Made by a program: the position numbers and the translations under genes. From positions 96,001 to 160,000 of the forward strand of contig JAJREF010000002.1 of NCBI GenBank assembly GCA_047459655.1: 64,000 nucleotides of DNA. Reading direction: 5' to 3'. The notes under the pieces are model-generated. The model searched no databases. It saw only the letters and a program-made list of their open reading frames with translations, and was not told the origin of the DNA. Source of the DNA: Rhabdochlamydiaceae bacterium (GTDB taxonomy: Bacteria; Chlamydiota; Chlamydiia; Chlamydiales; Rhabdochlamydiaceae). Numbering within the stretch: the first letter of the stretch is position 1; each line of letters begins with the position of its first letter. Positions 58,608 to 64,000 of the stretch are shown in pieces.

Positions 58608-59285
58608 CTATTCATAGGTTAAAATTATCTGATAGTAGGATAAAGCAATCTTCCAGCCCCTATCTAAAAGATATTCTATAACTAGACGCCCTTTCCCGCC
58701 AAAAGGCAAGGCACAATCATCGATCATAATAATGCTTTTTGCATGAAGCCAAGGATAAGCAGCTATAATTTCCTTCAGATGATGCTCTTGTGATGGTAAT
58801 GGATCATCAAGATCAAAATCGTAGCTATCTAAATACAGAAAATCGATAGGTTTATTAAAATTTTCTAAAAACGTAACAGAATCAGACGCTACAAATGTCA
58901 TATGATCAAGGTAAGGCGTGCACGCGGCAGAAGAACATCTAACAGCCTCCGGATCAATATCCACGCTATAGACATAGGCACCATTCTGCTTTGCCCATTG
59001 ACCCCATATTGGGGTCGAGCATCCATCTCCTGCACAATTACACTCTCCATCGCGCGCAGTTCCTGTTTCGACAATCGTTCTTACCTTTCTTGCACTCATA
59101 AGATGGAGTGTATATTGAAACGTAACAAAACGCTTGTCTTGAGGAGGAATGCGATCTCTTAGAGAATTAAGAGAAGCATTTTCCATACAAATCTTCCGTT
59201 TTCGAAAGGGCGTCGCTTCTAATAAACCTGTTGCAGTCAATAAAACAACCCCACTTAACATAACAAATTTGCATCTTATAACCAT
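58608..59285 (-). CDS. Class I SAM-dependent methyltransferase with N-terminal hydrophobic segment
   Basis: IVETGTAR, YSVDID, IDFLYLDSYD, IMIDD, GKG. Confidence 0.85.
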   Translation of the reverse strand: MVIRCKFVMLSGVVLLTATGLLEATPFRKRKICMENASLNSLRDRIPPQDKRFVTFQYTLHLMSARKVRTIVETGTARDGECNCAGDGCSTPIWGQWAKQNGAYVYSVDIDPEAVRCSSAACTPYLDHMTFVASDSVTFLENFNKPIDFLYLDSYDFDLDDPLPSQEHHLKEIIAAYPWLHAKSIIMIDDCALPFGGKGRLVIEYLLDRGWKIALSYYQIILTYE

Positions 59286-59336
59286 TTTTTTGCTAAAAAC
59301 TCCATAAAATTATACTGGAATAGTTTCTATTACCCA

Positions 59337-60524
59337 TTATCTTTGTAATTCCCCATATTTCTGTAATAACAAAAGCAGATAGAAATAGACATCTTCCTTC
59401 TTGAGATTTTTCTGAGCGAAATCGTTAGCACTGGCCACAATTTGCTGAGCTTCTGCATCATGAATACGTGCCCATTCTATCTTTTCTTTTAGATCACTAA
59501 GATCATAAGCCAGTGGGATATAGTGAACATAGGGAGATAAACAGCAATAGTACCACTGAATATTAGGAGAGGTTTGTTTAAAAATCAGGCAATCAGAAAA
59601 AAGTTGCCAATAGGCTCTGGAATATGTGCACGTATTTCCATCAATAAGAATTTGGTATTTATATCTTAAATGATCAATGACAGAAACGAAAGTCCCAGTA
59701 TAAGGAGATAAAAGATCGAACACTCTAGGATCAGCCTGTGCAAGAACTGTTAGTTTTGCATCAATAAGATATGGATACTTTGCAGATGATTGAACCAATT
59801 TTACACGAGGAAATTCTTGATAATTGTGATAATCTAGAAAATAATTACCAACATGATCTATTCCTGTTGTTGCTCCTCTCCAAAAAGCCTTCTCTTCCTT
59901 TGTATGCCAGGGAAAAACCATACGCCCCTGGCTAGTGTCTGTTAAAACTCTTTCGTAGAACCCTTTTGATAGAGCCTCACTATCTGGCATTAATATAGAG
60001 ACAACATCATTCTTAGACTTCGCAAAAGCAAAAATCGGAACCCCATATTTTCTGAAAAATAAAGCAGCATCTGGATGTAAAGAATCTCCAACACAAACGA
60101 TAAAATCAATATCAGGAAGAGAAGTCAAGTTAGAAAGCTGGATTAAAGCTTCATAAATGGCTTCCCATCTGAAATATGTGCTCTGGGTAGGGGAGGGATC
60201 TAAAGTAAGTATTTCTCTATTTCGAATGCGAAACCTGACCAATTCCCAGCCATTACGTGGCACAGATTTTACGTACTCTTGTATAGACTGATCGATGGCT
60301 TGCAGCGATATTCCAGATGTTTTATAGAATGTAAAATTCTCTACAATTTGACTAGTCATCCATTCCGAGATTTCCCTATTATGAAAAAACTCATATGCAG
60401 CTTTTTTCTGATAAAAAATCCTTTTCCTTTTTCCATTGAAGCCAAAAATAAAGATGACTAAAAAACATCCTAACGCTAAGCAGCACAGATGCTTCAAAAT
60501 ACTCTCCAGATAACATTTTTTCAT
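59337..60524 (-). CDS. GT90 / CAP10-like glycosyltransferase, N-terminally anchored
   Basis: LPDIDF, PWHTK..KAFWRGATTG, YKYQILIDGN, PYVHYIP, IEWARIHD. Confidence 0.85.
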   Translation of the reverse strand: MKKCYLESILKHLCCLALGCFLVIFIFGFNGKRKRIFYQKKAAYEFFHNREISEWMTSQIVENFTFYKTSGISLQAIDQSIQEYVKSVPRNGWELVRFRIRNREILTLDPSPTQSTYFRWEAIYEALIQLSNLTSLPDIDFIVCVGDSLHPDAALFFRKYGVPIFAFAKSKNDVVSILMPDSEALSKGFYERVLTDTSQGRMVFPWHTKEEKAFWRGATTGIDHVGNYFLDYHNYQEFPRVKLVQSSAKYPYLIDAKLTVLAQADPRVFDLLSPYTGTFVSVIDHLRYKYQILIDGNTCTYSRAYWQLFSDCLIFKQTSPNIQWYYCCLSPYVHYIPLAYDLSDLKEKIEWARIHDAEAQQIVASANDFAQKNLKKEDVYFYLLLLLQKYGELQR

Positions 60525-60774
60525 GAATACCTCTAATCAGAGAAACTATAAAGATACCATGACTATTTTTGCTAGATTTTCTATTCCTCATCAATATTTT
60601 AATGACTGTTACTACAAGATACGGTAACATGCCTTCCGATGCAGGGAACTCTTGCGTATTATAAAAGGGTAGTCGGGATTGTGGATTATTTTGACTAGTT
60701 TTCTACTCAACTGGCAAAAACCTAAATAATGCAATAGATCTAATAAACATCTAACTTAGATATAGGATAAAACC

Positions 60775-61467
60775 ATGAATAAAATGCTAACTATTACATT
60801 CTTAGTCTCATCTGTTTTGTTTGGATCTCCTCAAGAAAATTCTCTATTAACTTATCTTGATTTCCAAAATGTCCGTATTACAGAAGGTTATATGGTAACT
60901 GAGCAGCAAAGACAGTTTTGCGAAAGGTTAAAAAGTTATGGGAATATAAAAACCATATTAGAGATAGGATTAAATGCAGGTCATAGCGCTGAAAATTTTT
61001 TTCAAGCCTGCCCTAATTTAGAACTGTTTGTTTCATTTGATATTAATAGCCATGATTACACAAAGCATGCTGTTGATTATTTATCAAATAAATATAGCGA
61101 ACGTTTCTTGTTTGTAGCGGGTGATTCAGCTGTAACCGTTCCAAAATTCTGCATCGACTATCCACACCAACTATTTGACCTTATTTACGTAGATGGGAAC
61201 CATACATTTGAGTACGCCTTCGGTGACATTTTCAATTGTGGAAGTCTGGCTCATCTTAAAACTATTTTATGGGTTGATGACTATTCTGCTCAAGAGGTCT
61301 ATACTGCCATGAAAGCACTTGAAATACGCGGCGTTATTAAGATATTAAACGTCTATCACTCTTCCGAAAGATGTTGGGCAGAGGCTCAGTATACCGCCCC
61401 TTTCCTCTTTTCTCGTCAGAACAGCCTTCCTGCCCGTTATAATCCTTGGCGCATGCTTAAGCGGTGA
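60775..61467 (+). CDS. Class I SAM-dependent methyltransferase with signal peptide
   Basis: MNKMLTITFLVSSVLFG, ILEIGLNAGHSA, GDS, DLIYVDGNH, VDD. Confidence 0.87.
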   Translation: MNKMLTITFLVSSVLFGSPQENSLLTYLDFQNVRITEGYMVTEQQRQFCERLKSYGNIKTILEIGLNAGHSAENFFQACPNLELFVSFDINSHDYTKHAVDYLSNKYSERFLFVAGDSAVTVPKFCIDYPHQLFDLIYVDGNHTFEYAFGDIFNCGSLAHLKTILWVDDYSAQEVYTAMKALEIRGVIKILNVYHSSERCWAEAQYTAPFLFSRQNSLPARYNPWRMLKR

Positions 61468-61540
61468 GCTTTAATTTTATCGACAATGATATCTAGATGT
61501 GTTAATCTCCGTTTCTCTCAAAACAGTAAAGGCGGTTCTT

Positions 61541-62232
61541 ATGATAAAAAAAAACAGCGCTTATCATAGGATGTAGTTTACTTGTTGTAGCTACTTTTTC
61601 TGCTCTAAGAGCAGAAATACGCAAGCAACATAAGCAAGCTCAAAGTTATGCAAAAAAAGAAGCCGCAATTGTTTTAGGAAATAGAATTGCTCCTAGGGAT
61701 CAACGTTTCAATACCCCAAGATATGTACTTAAGCTGATGCATAAAAGAAAAATCAGAACAATCGTAGAAATGGGTACTGCTCGTAATGGAGAGTGTAATT
61801 GTACAGGAGATGGATGTTCGGCCCCAATATGGGGACAATGGGCCAAACAAAACGACGCTTTTATTTACAGCGTAGATATTGATCCTGAGGCTATTAGATG
61901 TTCTTCTGCTGCGTGCATGCCTTACCTTGATCATATGACGTTTGTAACGTCTGATTCCGTGGCGTTTTTAGCAAAGTTTAATAAACCTATCGATTTTCTA
62001 TATTTAGACAGTTATGATCTTGATCTTGCCAATCCCCAGCCATCACAGGAGCATCATTTGAAGGAAATTATAGCTGCTTATCCTTGGCCTCAGGCAAAGA
62101 GCATTATCATGATTGATGATTGCCGCTTTTCCTTGTGGAGGCAAGGGAAAATTGGTAATTCCCTATCTTTTAGACAGAGGATGGAAGGTTGTTTTATCTG
62201 GATACCAAGTGATTTTAATTCGTGAAACATAA
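61541..62232 (+). CDS. Methyltransferase, close paralogue of 58608-59285 (frameshifted)
   Basis: Near-identical peptide blocks, e.g. IWGQWAKQN, CSSAAC.PYLDHMTFV, PSQEHHLKEIIAAYPW. Confidence 0.85.
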
Positions 62233-62304
62233 GCATGTAGTTGCAATATAACCAGTGAAGATATAAAGGTGGCAAGGCTCCGGTACACTAACTAACGAAA
62301 AAAA

Positions 62305-63578
62305 ATGAATAATGATAAAAAAACCGTTAAGATAGTTATAGCTTTTATATTGATCGCTTCTTTGTCCTTTATTACCTTCCATAGGTGGTATAAAAAAACC
62401 AAAGCACCGGATGTAACAGTAATTGAATCTGTAATGGAAGCGAATGGTCCAGAAAGGGTGTCTACCAATTTTATAAACACCTTAAAAGACAGCTTAGATG
62501 TTCAGATTAAAGCAAGCCATAAATTTTTTAAAAGTGATTTGCCACAAGAACAATCTAAATCTACCAAAAACAGAAAAAAACTGGTGGGAAAAGTTATTGT
62601 GTATTTAGATAATTCAATGCTAGGAAAACCGCCTTTGACAGCATTCCTATCAAACAACCAAAGTTCCAATCGCATACGCATAGCATACCTTATGCATAAG
62701 CCAGATTCCATACCGGATGAGTGGACCCGATCGTTGAATAAATGCTTTGACCTAGTAGCTGTGCCAGATGCATGCTTAACCGAGCTGTACAAAAATAGTG
62801 GTGTTACTATCCCTATTTTTGAATTACCCATGGGCCTGAATTTAGAACAGTTCACCAATTTACCTTTGAAAACAACTAAACATTACCCTTTCATATTTGC
62901 ACACTTAAGCACAAATGCATCAAAAAGAAATCAAATTCAGCTAATAAGGGCTTTTTATTCGACGTTTGGAAACTCTCAAGATGTAAAACTAAGAATAAAT
63001 AGCAGATTTATCAATACTTCGTATAACAAAGAAATAAAAAATGAAATACATCGACTTGGAGCGACAAATATTGATTTCACCGAAATAAATATGGATAGGG
63101 ATTTTTACTGCAAAACACTCCAAACGATTGATTGCTATATCAGTTTGTCCCTAGATGAGGGGATATCTACTCACGCTAAAGAAGCGATGGCTCTAGGCAT
63201 ACCTACGATTTTTACTGATGACACAGGGAACTCTAAGATATATAGGAGTAATCTAGGTCGCAATATTTTCTCTGCATGTTCTACATCTAACAATAGTCAG
63301 GAAATATCTAATGATCACGCATCTGAAGAAGTTATCAGTGCTCTAAAAGATGTCTATGAAAATTATAACGTTTACCTCCAACAAAAATTTGCAGCAAGAA
63401 ATTGGGTTAAGCAATATTCCTACGATCAGCTAAAACCTCTTGTTCTTGGACTTATTAAACCTAAAAAATTGTCTTAGGGAACGTTAATCAAATTACTCCT
63501 ACTTGCTTAATTACTAACTCTAAGGCGCTTTGTGGAAAATTTAACCAACTGCTAGGAACTTCTTATGAAGATCAATAA
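62305..63578 (+). CDS. GT4-like glycosyltransferase, N-terminally anchored (frameshift near 63468)
   Basis: TM segment; DCYISLSLDEG....KEAMALGIPTI. Confidence 0.75.
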
Positions 63579-63611
63579 GCCTGTTAAATCCCCAGTTGTT
63601 GGAAAGTCTGC

Positions 63612-64000
63612 ATGAACAAGAGCAGTCATTTTTTTTTCTGTACTGCCATTCTTGTTCCAGCTCTTTGCACACTTTCATATTTCTTATACAGCTCAAAATA
63701 CTCTAGGCCTTATTTAACAGTTATGGGATCTGTCTTAATGGCAGACGGGCTGGGGAGGCATTCTGCTGAGCTTATAGAAGCATTGAAAGACAATGTAAGT
63801 ATCGGATTCGAACCGACAGCTCTTTTTTGTTTAGAGGGAGTCCCCTCTAAAATTCAAAAAATCCTTAGGCAAAAAAAGCCCTTAGGTAAAGTCCTTGTCT
63901 ACCAGGATTATCTTATAGTAAATGGTCGTCCGCTCGATGGAAATATTACAAGTATTAAAAATTCGGGGTCTATACGGATTGCTCAATCTATGTTTGAATC
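63612..64000 (+). CDS. Probable glycosyltransferase related to the previous gene, 3'-partial
   Basis: TM segment, then VTVMGSVLMADGLGRHS..LIEALKD, similar to VTVIESVMEANG...INTLKD of the upstream gene. Confidence 0.55.
   Translation, partial: MNKSSHFFFCTAILVPALCTLSYFLYSSKYSRPYLTVMGSVLMADGLGRHSAELIEALKDNVSIGFEPTALFCLEGVPSKIQKILRQKKPLGKVLVYQDYLIVNGRPLDGNITSIKNSGSIRIAQSMFE

Noticed and set aside
669..62858. Many 60-140 aa ORFs overlapping longer genes on the opposite strand or frame
   Set aside because: Shadow ORFs with no motifs or RBS support.
560..63578. Mass pseudogenisation or programmed frameshifting (more than 20 split genes)
   Set aside because: Breaks hit essential genes (nrdA, dnaG) mostly at homopolymers while motifs stay intact, and the two IS target copies differ by one A. 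This is typical of long-read indel error; short-read polishing would settle it.

Overview
Chromosomal segment of an environmental Chlamydiae bacterium. The basis is gene content and order: class Ic nrdAB, cysS-aas, fabF-NUDIX, rsfS, miaA, a murF-mraY-murD-nlpD-ftsW-murG-murC/ddl-ftsQ cluster near a groEL paralogue, and dnaG-mutS-uvrC. More than 20 genes, including essential ones, are split by single-base frameshifts, mostly at homopolymers. These are best read as long-read assembly errors, so merged gene coordinates are approximate. Accessory content: an IS1202-like IS with a 14-15 bp target duplication, an EmrAB-OMF pump, an inverse-autotransporter barrel, a kinase-like/TpsB/TpsA locus, and an AT-rich island of eukaryote-like glycosyltransferases and methyltransferases. 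The most unusual signal is a set of palindromic non-autonomous elements (13 whole or partial copies, families A-F). The four families with full-length copies have unrelated termini but are all 162-164 nt long, and two share a covarying central hairpin. Copies repeatedly sit at gene 3' ends and supply the last codons and stop of fabF and murG.
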